Below the pieces are notes generated by a model. That model worked only from the letters and a program-made list of their open reading frames with translations, did no database searches and was not told where the DNA came from. This document shows, piece after piece, positions 18,768 through 29,400 of a stretch of DNA of 64,000 nt (positions are counted from its first letter, which is position 1; the number at the start of each line of letters is the position of its first letter). Both the position numbers and the translations under genes were made by a program. Source of the DNA: Candidatus Eiseniibacteriota bacterium. GTDB lineage: Bacteria; Eisenbacteria; RBG-16-71-46; CAVPCR01. The stretch lies in the NCBI GenBank assembly GCA_963823555.1, contig CAWGMA010000003.1, positions 32,001 through 96,000 on the forward strand, given 5' to 3'.

Positions 18768-21059
18768 TCAGAAGCGCCAGTCGATCCCGAGAACCAGCGG
18801 CGCCAGCGGGCGCATCTCGATCGCGGCCACCTCGCCGGTCTCCGGATCGCGGAGATAGGTCAAGGTGTTCCGCCGGCCGAGGAGGTTCGTGACCGTCCCG
18901 AACAGCGCCACCTCCGCATCCCGTCCCCCAGCCGTGAGGTGCCAGTGCTTGCGCACCCCGAAGTCCACGCGCGAGTAGGCGGGAAGCGCGGCTGCGCCGA
19001 GCGACCCGCCGTCGAGCTCGGGGTTGCCGGCGAACTCGCAGCCGAGGTCGAGGAGATTGCAGGCCTCCCACTCGAGACTGCCGGATGCGATCGTGGTGCG
19101 GCGCCCGAAAGCTGCTTCCGCGCCCACCCGGAACGAGAGCGTGGAGGTCGGGAAGACTGTCACGCCGCCCTCGAGGCGGTGGACGGCGCCGTGAGAGGGG
19201 ACATAGCTCCCGTCCTCGCTCGTGAGGCGCACGCGCTGGAGACCGTAGCTCGCAACGACGCCGTAGCGAACCCCGCTCGCCGCGAGGTCGACCGCGATGC
19301 CCTGCGCCGATCCCGAACCGACGGCGAACTCACCGGTCGCGAAAGGAGCGCTCGATTCGGGTGCGGCGAGCAGGAGGCCGCGCGCTCGGCGCGCGTAGGC
19401 CTGCAGGCCGAGGCGCACGCCGGCCCGGGGGCGATATTCGGCGGCGAGGACTCCCAGATCGCTCGCCGCGATCGGCACGCCGGGGGCAGCGGTACCGATA
19501 TAGAGCTCGGCAGGGAAGACGTTCCCCACCACCGACTCCGCATTGCGGAGCGACTGCGCGAACTGGTGCGCCCGCGCGTAACGGGCGGAAAGTGTGGTCC
19601 TGGTCGAGGGCGCCCACCGGATCTCGGTGCCGGGCGCCGCGCGCCATTCCGCTCCCGTCGTGGCCAGGGAGAGGGAAAAGGTGGCTTCCGTGCGCGGTGC
19701 GAGATGACGGATGTGACGGCCGGCCAAGGTCACGACCGGCGTCAGGACCTCGAGCCCGAACGAGGGCACGGCGTCGCTGTCGGACCCGACCCGATAGGAA
19801 GTCGTGATGGTCTCGACCCGGAGTTCCCCGGCCGAGGTGGCCTGTGGGGATGAGTGCTCGAGAGCGGCGAAAAACCCCGCGTCGCGGCGGGTGGAAGACA
19901 GCGCGAGCCCGGCCTTCGCCGTCGCCCAGACCGCGCTGGCCTCGCCCGCCGCGTGGTAGCCGCGCATGAGGAGCGCGACCCGCGAGTACTCGCGGCGCCA
20001 CTCGGCGCCAAGGGACTGGCTGTGCCACTCGATGTCGTTGCGTGGCGAATCGGCGCCAGCCTCGGTTTCCGCCGCCGCAGCACCCGATGCACCGATCTCG
20101 TTCCCGTTGTCGTAGCCGAGCACTCGCAACCGCCCGCCGAACACGGGCGTCTCCAGCTTGGCGAGCCAGTCGACCGCCTGGCTCTCGACGTAGGAAGGCT
20201 CGCCCGCCGGGGCGATCAGATCGTGGAGGCCCGAGCGCAGGCTCAAGACGTAGCCCGCGCCGCCCGTGCCGAGAGGACCATCGACCGTCACCCGACCCTG
20301 AGTCGTGCTGAGCGATCCCTGGGCACGAAGCCGCGGCCCAGGTGTCCGCGTGACGGCATCGACCGCAGCGGAGAGCGCGTGCGCGCGGGCGAGTGCGGGA
20401 GCGGTCGATGCGATTGACAGACTGGACAGCGCATCGGGGTTGAAGGCGCTCGACATCCCCGTCGTGTGATACGGGTTCAGGACCGGGATCCCATCCAGCG
20501 AATAGGCGGTTTCACCCGCTTCGCCACCGCGAACGTGGAGCGCGTGCGGCGTCTCGGCCTCGAGCACGACCTCGCCGCCGCCGAGCGCGGGAAAGACATC
20601 CGGTTCGGCGAGCAGTGGATGGTGGCGCACCGCAGCGATCGAGGACTCGCGGTCCGGGTACTCGGCGCTCTCACCCGTATCGGCGCCACGAACGAAGATC
20701 GGCGCGCGGACATTCTGGGCCTCGACCGGCAGCGGCTCGGGAGGAAGGGAGACGTTGATCTCGAGCTCTCCCTCCCGGGGCACGAGCGCATGGAGGGAAC
20801 GCGGGGCATAGCCGATGCGGCGAATCGTGATGTGCCGCGGTCCGGGTGGGACACGGGCGAGGATGTACCGCCCCCCGGCATCGGTGATCGTGGTGCGCGC
20901 GAGATCGGGGAGAGAGATCACCGCCCCGGCCAGCGGTGCCGAGGTCTCCGCATCGCGAACGATCCCGACGAGTGCGGTCTCGGCGGCCAGAGCGACGACA
21001 GGTATCGCCGCCATGACTGCGAGCAGGAGCAGGATCGTCAGGTGATGGGAACGGCTCAT
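18768..21059 (-). CDS. TonB-dependent receptor-like protein with carboxypeptidase-regulatory-like N-domain
   Basis: Signal peptide; G.VRDAET..PL.GA, plug VRGG....LDGIPVLNPYH; C-terminal WRF. Confidence 0.82.
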   Translation of the reverse strand: MSRSHHLTILLLLAVMAAIPVVALAAETALVGIVRDAETSAPLAGAVISLPDLARTTITDAGGRYILARVPPGPRHITIRRIGYAPRSLHALVPREGELEINVSLPPEPLPVEAQNVRAPIFVRGADTGESAEYPDRESSIAAVRHHPLLAEPDVFPALGGGEVVLEAETPHALHVRGGEAGETAYSLDGIPVLNPYHTTGMSSAFNPDALSSLSIASTAPALARAHALSAAVDAVTRTPGPRLRAQGSLSTTQGRVTVDGPLGTGGAGYVLSLRSGLHDLIAPAGEPSYVESQAVDWLAKLETPVFGGRLRVLGYDNGNEIGASGAAAAETEAGADSPRNDIEWHSQSLGAEWRREYSRVALLMRGYHAAGEASAVWATAKAGLALSSTRRDAGFFAALEHSSPQATSAGELRVETITTSYRVGSDSDAVPSFGLEVLTPVVTLAGRHIRHLAPRTEATFSLSLATTGAEWRAAPGTEIRWAPSTRTTLSARYARAHQFAQSLRNAESVVGNVFPAELYIGTAAPGVPIAASDLGVLAAEYRPRAGVRLGLQAYARRARGLLLAAPESSAPFATGEFAVGSGSAQGIAVDLAASGVRYGVVASYGLQRVRLTSEDGSYVPSHGAVHRLEGGVTVFPTSTLSFRVGAEAAFGRRTTIASGSLEWEACNLLDLGCEFAGNPELDGGSLGAAALPAYSRVDFGVRKHWHLTAGGRDAEVALFGTVTNLLGRRNTLTYLRDPETGEVAAIEMRPLAPLVLGIDWRF

Positions 21060-21170
21060 GATCGATTCTCGCCGGGTCGGTTGATCGCCGTCCCCTCGAT
21101 TCTATCATGAGCCGCCCCGCGAGCGCAGGATCAGTTCGATCGACTTCGCGGCCGACCGCCTCGCCGCCTC

Positions 21171-22451
21171 TCAGAAGAAGAGCTCGATGTTCATCATGAA
21201 GACCGGTCCGTTGGAACCGACCAGGAGCGGATAGCTCAGGTAGCCCACGGGAGAGCTGTCGACATAGATGAGCTCCGGATTGAAGCGCAGGATCCGCGTC
21301 TTGAATGGGTAGTAGTTGATGCCGCCGCCGGCATCCCAAGGGATCCCGTACTCGCCGAAGATGCGCGAGGTGAACCCGTAGAGCATGAGGGTCTGCGGAA
21401 TCACCATCGCGGATGCCTGGGCCTGGAAGCCGTGATCATAGAGGTCGTCCACCGGCAAGGGGCCGTTGGCCTTCAGGTTCTGCACCCACCGGATGTAGTA
21501 GTCCCCCTCGAGCGCGTAGCCGCGGTACTTGAGCGCCCCATCGAAGGCCGACATGCGGTAGTCCGCCTGCTCGACCAGGAGCCCCTCGCCGAAGGCACCG
21601 GGCTGGAAGATCCCCGTGCCGTTGGACAGCCGGATCTGGGTGTTCTCGGGATCCTCCGTGCGCGGCTGGTTCTGCCTCGTCTCGCGGCTGGCGGTGAAGG
21701 CGGTACCCAGGTTCGTGGCCAGCGCCTCATGCCCGTCGAAGTCACCGAAGCCCTCGTAGGTGCCGAAACCTCCCCCCGTCCACCACAGCGCTCCCGATAG
21801 GGTGTTCATGCCCGGGGCGAGCTGGCCCGCATCCACGCCGAGCTGGCTCAGGTTGTCGCCCAGCATGCCCTTGTAGTGGAGGCCATCGGTGATGTCGCCC
21901 TCGGCCCAGATGCCGCTCGTGTAGGAACCGCGGAAGAACTCATCGCCGATCGTGCGATTGTCTTGCTTCGCCCAGAACGGAAAGGTGCCGCGCGTCGTCC
22001 GCGTCGTCGGCAGGCCGCCGATGCCGCCTCCCACCGTGACGTGCTCGTTGAACCGGTAGGTGAGATTCCCGGCGAGAACCACCTGGGCGCCGAGCCCCTG
22101 GCTCGTGTTGGAGGTCCAGACATACGACAGGTAGCGGAACTTGGGCGTGCCCAGCCAGCCCTTGAAGTAGAGGATCCCCTTCTGGAACTGGAGATCGTCG
22201 CGCTGGTCCAGCTCCACGGTCTCGCCGGCCGCGTTGATGTAGGTGTCATCGAGCCCGCGCTGGTTCAGGTAGCGAAGGTAGGTGTAGAAGCTGAAGTCCA
22301 CGCGGCCGCGGTCACCGTCGTAGAGGTTGAAGCCCTTGGCGGGGGTGAGATCCCGCTTCGACTCCTCCTCGGCGAGTGATCCCGTGACCAGCATGCTCAC
22401 GAGCAGAACCGCGACCCAAGTTCCCAGAATTGCCTTCTGCCACTGATTCAT
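21171..22451 (-). CDS. Hypothetical outer-membrane porin-like protein
   Basis: Signal peptide, aromatic/Gly-rich amphipathic strands, terminal Phe; RBS AGGAGG. Confidence 0.65.
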   Translation of the reverse strand: MNQWQKAILGTWVAVLLVSMLVTGSLAEEESKRDLTPAKGFNLYDGDRGRVDFSFYTYLRYLNQRGLDDTYINAAGETVELDQRDDLQFQKGILYFKGWLGTPKFRYLSYVWTSNTSQGLGAQVVLAGNLTYRFNEHVTVGGGIGGLPTTRTTRGTFPFWAKQDNRTIGDEFFRGSYTSGIWAEGDITDGLHYKGMLGDNLSQLGVDAGQLAPGMNTLSGALWWTGGGFGTYEGFGDFDGHEALATNLGTAFTASRETRQNQPRTEDPENTQIRLSNGTGIFQPGAFGEGLLVEQADYRMSAFDGALKYRGYALEGDYYIRWVQNLKANGPLPVDDLYDHGFQAQASAMVIPQTLMLYGFTSRIFGEYGIPWDAGGGINYYPFKTRILRFNPELIYVDSSPVGYLSYPLLVGSNGPVFMMNIELFF

Positions 22452-22704
22452 CAAGTTCGCCCTCCTGACTCGCCTGGCGGTCCTGCGCATCCGATACAGC
22501 CTGTTCCTTGCAGCAAGGAGACGACCGCGAGAAACCCGCCGCATCATAGATCATCCCGGCCGGCGGCGGGAGGCCGTGTCAACAGGGTCTGCACTGTGGT
22601 CAACGTGGTGGCCGGCGGCTACGACAGGGTCTTCCAGGGAAGGCAGGCCTTCGTGCTGCGAAGTCACGGGGTTGTCACCCCGCACCTGCCGCCCGCAGGA
22701 CGGC

Positions 22705-25700
22705 ATGACCCTTGCGCGTCCCGGCTTCATGGGCTGCCGAAGTCACATCGCACACGCGGTGCTCGTGCTCGCCGCGGCCGCGATCGCAACGCCCGGCCCC
22801 GGCATCGCTCGCGCCACGGACCTGGACGGGAACGGGATCGAGGACGAGCGCGAGCTTCCGCTCGCTCGCCGCTTCGCGCCCACGCTCGCGCTGCACGCCC
22901 CTGATATCGAGCGGAACGGCATCCGCGTGCCGGTCTATCCGGTGCCGGTCGAGATCATGGGGCTCGCCGGTGCCGCGCCCGGCGAGGGCTTGCCTGCCGA
23001 TCGCCTCTTCGTCCTCTGGAGACAGCAGCCCCTCGACTATCCCTACGGCGATCACTGGGTCGCGGCCGCGGGCTGGGCGCCTCCGCTCGCCGAGAGCGAT
23101 CCGCAGCATGATTACTCGGCGCTCAGCGATGATCCGATCCTCCGCCAGATCGCGCCGCCGGCGATGCTGTTCGGTCCCTACTCGCTTCGCTTTCACTGGG
23201 AGTACGGCAACCCGGCCGTCGACGAGCCGGCCGAGTGGTATCAGGTCTGGGAATCAGGGAACGAGTGGACGCGGCCCGGGGCGGATTTTCCGCCCACCGC
23301 CTACGCTCACCTCCGCCGCTGCGAGGAGGCGGGCTGCGCGCCCGGCCGTGTTCTCATCCAGTACTGGTTCTTCTTTCCCTTCAACGACTGGATCAACAAT
23401 CACGAGGGCGACTGGGAGGGTATGAATGTCATCGTCTCGAGCGACGATCCCGATTCGGCTACCGCGCTCGACATCGAGTACTTCGCCCACCGGATCCACC
23501 TCGTCCGCCCGCCCGGGATGCCGCTCGCGGAGCATTGCATCATCACGGAGGCGACGCATCCCGTGGCGTTCGTCGGCGGACACGGCCGGCTCACGGGCTG
23601 CATCGGCGGCACCGGCGAGGGCGAGGCGTCGCACGGCTTCTATCCGACACCGGGGCGCTTCGCCGAGGTGAGCGAGGGCGATCCCCTCGGGTGCTTCGAG
23701 CGCGCCGACGAAGAGATCTCGACTCGAGCCGGGCCCACCGTCCACTGGTCCGACCTCGCGGTCGAGGTGATCCCCGCTCCCGAGGCCATCGACACCGGCG
23801 CCGAGCCCGAGCGCGGCTGGCTCGTGGCCGATCTCCTGTGGGGAACGCGGCGCGTGCCCTCGGTGGGCGGCGCCCTGTGGCACGATGTGGGCAACTACGC
23901 GCCGCACGGCCCCGCGCACAATCCCGCGCAGCGCTTCGGAAGGGTGGCGGCGCTGACCTCGACCCGGCCCTACTCGAGCCCGGGAGATCCGCATGCACTG
24001 CCGTACGCGGCCGATGAAGCGGGGTGGGTGCCGTTCGCGTTCTTCCTCGATGCGTTCACCGGCATGACGAGCCTGGAGCCGGGAAGCCTTGCGACGTGGA
24101 CGGTCGGCACCGGAACATGGGAGCTGGCCTCGGGCTCCCTCCTGGGCACGGGCGACGGCGACCAGCGGGCGACGAATCGCGCGTTCTTCCGGAGCCAGTG
24201 GCCGCCGGACTGGTACACGCTGCCATTTGCCGAGTGGAATTCACGCGCCGCGCGCTTCGCGGCGGATGTGGCGCTGCTCTCGCCTCTCGTCTCCGGCGAC
24301 GCCGCGGGCCTTGCCGTTTCCGGAGCAGCCGGGTCCGGTGAAGGTGACGGCCAGGTGCGGGTGGTCCTCGGTCGCGGCTCGGCCGGCGCGTACGAGCTGC
24401 AGATGCGGGTGTGGGCGAGCACCGGGGACAGCCTCGTCAGCGCCGTGACCGTTCCCGATCCGGGAAGCGCGACCCATCGCCTCGAGGTCCTGACCTTCGC
24501 CCCCGATGGCGGCGGGCTCTTCCATGATGTCTGGCTCGATGGCGCGCTCGTCCTCGGCTCGGTTGCCACCCCAGGCGAGCGCGACGACACGCGCGGGCTC
24601 GTCGCCGACGGCGGGGCGCACGCGCGCTTCGATCGCGTGGCCTTCTCGGGGCTCCGCCTCGAGTCGAGGTGGCGCCATGCACCGTTCGCTTCCATCACGA
24701 CGCCGGCCGCTGGCGCAATCATCTACTCATGTCCGCAAGAGATTGCCTGGCGGGCGGCCGACGAGAAGGCGGACGACGGCATCGCCACGCAGCGGCTGGC
24801 CCTCTCGATCGACGGCGGGGCGACCTGGGAGGAGATCGCGAGCCTCGGCGGCGAGGAGCGGAGCCTGGTCTGGCAGCCGCCGGCCGCGGCCGCCGACTCG
24901 GCCCTGATCGCCCTCACGGTCACGGATGTCGAGGGCGACTCCCGCACCGTGCGGAGCGGGATCTTTCGCCTCGCGAGCGGCGAGCCGCCGGCTTCCGTGC
25001 TCTCGCCCGCCGGCGGCGAGAGCTGGATGCGCGGCACGACGCACTGGGTGCGCTGGGCGGCACCTTGCCGGGACACGGTCGATCTCGCGCTCTCGACCGA
25101 CGGCGGGGCCACGTTCCCCGTGCCGATCGCGGCGCGGGTGCCGAACGGCGGCGCGTTCGCATGGGCGATCCCCTCCTGGCTTCCGGTGGGGCAACCATGC
25201 CGGGTGCGGATCATAGGAGGCGGGCTTCCGGCGGCAACGAGCCCCGACTTCACTCTCGCCTGGGATGGGATGATCGCCGGCGGCGACTTCGAGATCGAGA
25301 GCCCCTGGTCGCTCTCGATCGTCGCGGAGGCGATGCGCGGCGAGGCCGCCTCCTCGCACGGCATCGGCGACCCGCCGCTCGGCGCACCGATTGGCATGCA
25401 GTCATCCCTCCACGTCAATGTCCGCGCCTCCGGACTGACTGCGCCCGCCGAGCCGCCCGGCGCCCCGGATCCCGACCCGCCGTGGCCGGCGCGCTCGCAA
25501 CTCGCGATCGCGGCCGAATCGGAGGCGATCCCGCTCGCCGAGCCGGCTGCCCTGCAGGCGGTGCACATCGCGCTCCGGGCCATCGCCATCATCGGCGCCA
25601 CCCCCGGGGCGGCGGCCTCGGCCCGCGCCACCCTTTCGGCTTCCTACCGAGGTGCTTCCGGCGGCGAGCTCGAGCGTCACGATCTCGCCACCCTCTCGAT

Positions 25701-26178
25701 CGCCCGCACCGAGCCCGGCTGTCACGAGGAATTTCTGGACGAGATCCTCCCCCTCCATGAAGCCCCTCTCGGCGCCACACGGCTCCGCTTCGTGATCCGC
25801 CTCGAGGGCGCGGCCCACGCCATGGGGCCGGGTGTTTCAGCGGAAACCGAGGTGGTCGCCGACGACCTCCATCTGGTCGAGGCGGTGGATCTCCCGGCGC
25901 CGCGGCCGCTGGAGGCTCAACCCTCCCTCACCGTCCATCCCGATCCCACCGGCGGCCCGGTACGCCTCGAGATCTTCCTGGGGAGCGAATCCATCGTTTC
26001 ACTTTCCATCTTCACCGCCGCCGGCCGCAAGGTCGCGCGCGTCATCTCATCACGCCCCCATCCTCCTGGAACCCACGCCTTCACCTGGGACCCGGGGGAG
26101 CTCCCAAGCGGCACCTACTTCTTCCTTCTCGAGACCGGCAATGCAACGTGCACGCGCAAGTGGGTGCGATTGCGCTGA
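22705..26178 (+). CDS. Large secreted multidomain protein (Vps62/NPP1-like N-domain, Ig-like domains, FlgD/T9SS-like C-terminus)
   Basis: Signal peptide; LARRFAPTL, IQYWFFFPFND...HEGDWE; two LSxDGGATW/F Ig-like modules; ends SGTYF...RKWVRLR. Confidence 0.7.
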   Translation: MTLARPGFMGCRSHIAHAVLVLAAAAIATPGPGIARATDLDGNGIEDERELPLARRFAPTLALHAPDIERNGIRVPVYPVPVEIMGLAGAAPGEGLPADRLFVLWRQQPLDYPYGDHWVAAAGWAPPLAESDPQHDYSALSDDPILRQIAPPAMLFGPYSLRFHWEYGNPAVDEPAEWYQVWESGNEWTRPGADFPPTAYAHLRRCEEAGCAPGRVLIQYWFFFPFNDWINNHEGDWEGMNVIVSSDDPDSATALDIEYFAHRIHLVRPPGMPLAEHCIITEATHPVAFVGGHGRLTGCIGGTGEGEASHGFYPTPGRFAEVSEGDPLGCFERADEEISTRAGPTVHWSDLAVEVIPAPEAIDTGAEPERGWLVADLLWGTRRVPSVGGALWHDVGNYAPHGPAHNPAQRFGRVAALTSTRPYSSPGDPHALPYAADEAGWVPFAFFLDAFTGMTSLEPGSLATWTVGTGTWELASGSLLGTGDGDQRATNRAFFRSQWPPDWYTLPFAEWNSRAARFAADVALLSPLVSGDAAGLAVSGAAGSGEGDGQVRVVLGRGSAGAYELQMRVWASTGDSLVSAVTVPDPGSATHRLEVLTFAPDGGGLFHDVWLDGALVLGSVATPGERDDTRGLVADGGAHARFDRVAFSGLRLESRWRHAPFASITTPAAGAIIYSCPQEIAWRAADEKADDGIATQRLALSIDGGATWEEIASLGGEERSLVWQPPAAAADSALIALTVTDVEGDSRTVRSGIFRLASGEPPASVLSPAGGESWMRGTTHWVRWAAPCRDTVDLALSTDGGATFPVPIAARVPNGGAFAWAIPSWLPVGQPCRVRIIGGGLPAATSPDFTLAWDGMIAGGDFEIESPWSLSIVAEAMRGEAASSHGIGDPPLGAPIGMQSSLHVNVRASGLTAPAEPPGAPDPDPPWPARSQLAIAAESEAIPLAEPAALQAVHIALRAIAIIGATPGAAASARATLSASYRGASGGELERHDLATLSIARTEPGCHEEFLDEILPLHEAPLGATRLRFVIRLEGAAHAMGPGVSAETEVVADDLHLVEAVDLPAPRPLEAQPSLTVHPDPTGGPVRLEIFLGSESIVSLSIFTAAGRKVARVISSRPHPPGTHAFTWDPGELPSGTYFFLLETGNATCTRKWVRLR

Positions 26179-26194
26179 ACGAACGGCCTGCCCC

Positions 26195-26219
26195 GCCCGG
26201 CGCGAGCGCCGCGCCGGGC
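26195..26219 (+). terminator. GC-rich hairpin after stop codon (possible terminator, no U-tract)
   Basis: GCCCGGCGCG-agcgc-CGCGCCGGGC perfect 10-bp stem. Confidence 0.45.
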
Positions 26220-26261
26220 AACCCACCCCGAACACCCGCTAAGCTCCCGCCGCGCATCATC

Positions 26262-26291
26262 TTGAGTCGCCTGTAAGGCGCATGCTATAAT
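26262..26291 (+). promoter_or_regulatory. Sigma-70-type promoter
   Basis: TTGAGT-N18-TATAAT with extended -10 TG, upstream of the CotH gene. Confidence 0.6.
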
Positions 26292-26432
26292 ACCGTGGTC
26301 GCTGCCGCCGAGCTTCCCTCGGCCGCCACACGCCGACCGCGTCGCCCACCACGCGGCTGGTGACGTCCTGACCTGGCTGCGGGAGGCCGCCCAGGATGGA
26401 GCGCCCCCCCTAAGACTTCGAGGACATCGCGC

Positions 26433-29400
26433 ATGCGCTCTTCACGAACGGTTCGCGCGCTCGTTCCCGGCATCCCGGCTGCCGCGCTCTTGACCCTGAT
26501 CACAGCCCTCTCCGCGCTGCCGGCCGCCGCCTACGAGATGCACATCAACTGCGGTTCGGTGAACTACACCGCCCAGAACGGAACGCTCTTCGTGGCGGAC
26601 CGCGTCTACGTTGCCGGTGATGCGGGCTACATCGCGGGCTGGGACAACTACACCTGGAATGCGGTTGGCGGCACGCCGGATCCCCTGCTCTACGCCTATA
26701 CGCGCAACAGCTTCATTCCCAATCCGCTCGAGTATCGCTTCGACGTCCCGAACGGCGACTACCTCGTCCGCCTCCGCATGATCGACAACTTCAAGCACTC
26801 GACGGGCGAGAACCAGTTCGATGTTCGCATCGAGGGTCAGGAGGTCGCTGCCAACATCGACCTCTATGCGCTCGTCGAGCGCACGTATGCCATCGACTTC
26901 ACCTTCGCCGCCACGGTGACCGACGGCGTCCTCAACGTCGTCCTCCAGCCCGATTTCGGCTTCGCGTCACTGGCCGGGATCTCGGTCGTCTCACGTGCAC
27001 CCGACTCGACGCCGCCGGCGCTGCCGACCGGCCTCACCGCCGCCGACAACTACGAGGCGGTCGCCCTCGACTGGGACCCGAACCCGGAGGACGACATCGC
27101 CGCCTACCAGGTCGAGCGGGCAACGAGCGCCGGCGGGCCCTTCACTCCGGTCGCCACCGTCGACCGCGTCTCCCGCCGCATGGATCGCCTTCCCCCCGGC
27201 GGCCCCTTCCACTACCGGGTGCGCGCCGTCGACGCCTACGGCAACGCCTCCGATCCAACCGACCCGGTGAGCGCGAGCTCGCTCGCGCAGACCGCGACCA
27301 CGCTCCCCGCGGTGCACGTGATCATCGCTCCTGACAGCCTCGAGCGGCTGGACGACAACCCAACGCTTGACACCTACTACCAGTGCGATGTCGCCTTCGA
27401 CCAGGACCTCTACACCGACGCCACCTGCCGCTACCGGGGCAACGTCTCGCGCTCCCTCCTCAAGAAATCCTGGAAGGTCAAGCTCGGCACGGGCCTCTTC
27501 GAGGGGCGCGAGAACTTCAACCTCAACTCGGAGTACATCGACAAGTCGCTCCTCCGCGAGCGCCTCTCCTATGATCTCTTCGCGCGAAACGGCTGCCCGG
27601 CGCCGCGCTCGCGCTTCGTCCACATGATCGTGAACGGCAAGTGGATGGGGGTACGGAACGACGTCGAGAACGTCGACGTCGAATCGCTCACGCGCCTGGG
27701 GCTCGCCACCGTCAACGCCACCATGTACAAGCCGGTGAGCTCGCCACCGCCCGGGGTCCATAGCAACCTGATCCCGCTCGCCACACCCGGGGATTACATG
27801 CTCGCCTACGAGAAGGAGCTGGGCGACCCCGGCGACTATTCGGATCTCATCAGCTTCATCGAGGGTCTCAACTTCGCGAGCGCGGATTCGGCCTTCCACT
27901 TCATCGCCCGGAAGATGGATCTCAATCGCTTCCTCGACTTCTACTCGACCCAGGTCGTGTTGCAGAACACGGACATCACCTTCAAGAACTGGTTCTTCCA
28001 TCACGATCTCACCACCGACCGCTGGACCATGATCCCCTTCGACACCGACCTCACCTTCGGTGTCGTCTGGCCCTTCAGCGATGTTTTCGCCTACAACGAG
28101 TCGGTGTTCCTGGGTGCCGGCAACCGCCTCTTCGGGAAGGTGCAATCGGATCCCATGCTCCGCCAGCTCCATCTGGATCGGGTGCGGCAGATCCTCGCCA
28201 CCACGTTCTCCGGTCCGGCCACCGATGGTCTCATCGACTCGGTCCATGCCGAGGTCGAGGTGGATGCGAGGCGCGACTGGTGGAAGTGGGGCTGGGAGAA
28301 GAACGACTGGTTCGAGGCGAGCCCGGCCGAGCTCCGCACCTTCGTCTCCGGGCGCACGACTTCACTCCTCAACGAGATCGCGGTCGTCGAGGCCCCGTCC
28401 GACCTCGTCATCAACGAGCTCATGGCCTCGAACGCCACCACCGTCACCGACGAGTGGGGCGATCACGACGACTGGATCGAGATCTTGAATCGCGGCGGCG
28501 CGCCGGTCAGCACCCTCGGGCTCTACCTGACCGACGACCTCGGCCTGCCCGGGCGCTTCGCGCTACCCGACACCACGCTCCAGCCCGGCGATCACCTCAT
28601 CATCTGGGCCGACTCGGAGCCCGCCGAGGGGCCGTGGCACGCGCCCTTCAAGCTCGAGAAGAAGGGCGAGGCGGTCGGCCTCTTCTCGGGTCCGCTCGCC
28701 ACCTCGGCCCCGATCGACGTCCGCGTCTTCGATCGCCAGCTCACCGATGTGAGCTACGGGCGCCTCCCGGACGGCAGCCCCTACTGGCAGCTCCTGCCGA
28801 CTCCGACCCCCGGGGCGGCGAACGTCGGCGGCGGCAACATCAAGCCGCAGATCGACGATGTCGTCCACTTCCCGCCCGCGCCCGGTGCCAACGCGCCGGT
28901 GCGGGTGACCGCGACCTTCTGGGACGAGGGCGGGCTCGCGCTGACGCAGCTCAAGTACGACGCCGGAGCGGGCTACGTCACCGAGACGATGTACGATGAC
29001 GGCCTGCACGGGGACGGCGACGCGGGCGATGGCACCTTCGGCGCCGAGATCCCGGGACAGCCGCCGCTCACCACCGTCCACTACTACCTGCGCGCGGTCG
29101 ACGACCTCGGTGCGGTCACCAACGATCCCCCCGACGCGCCGCTCCTCACCTACAGCTATCTCACCGGCTACGAGGCCCCGCCCGCCTACTTGAACGAGTT
29201 CATGGCCTCGAACGCCGCCACCATCCAGGACGAGTTCGGCGACTACGACGACTGGGTCGAGATCTGGAACGCGGGGCAGGACACGCTCCGTCTCGGCGGC
29301 AAGCACCTGACCGACAACCTCACCAACCCCACCAAGTGGGTGTTCCCGCCGGACGTGAACCTGCCGCCGGGCGAGTACCTGATCGTGTGGTGCGACGGCG

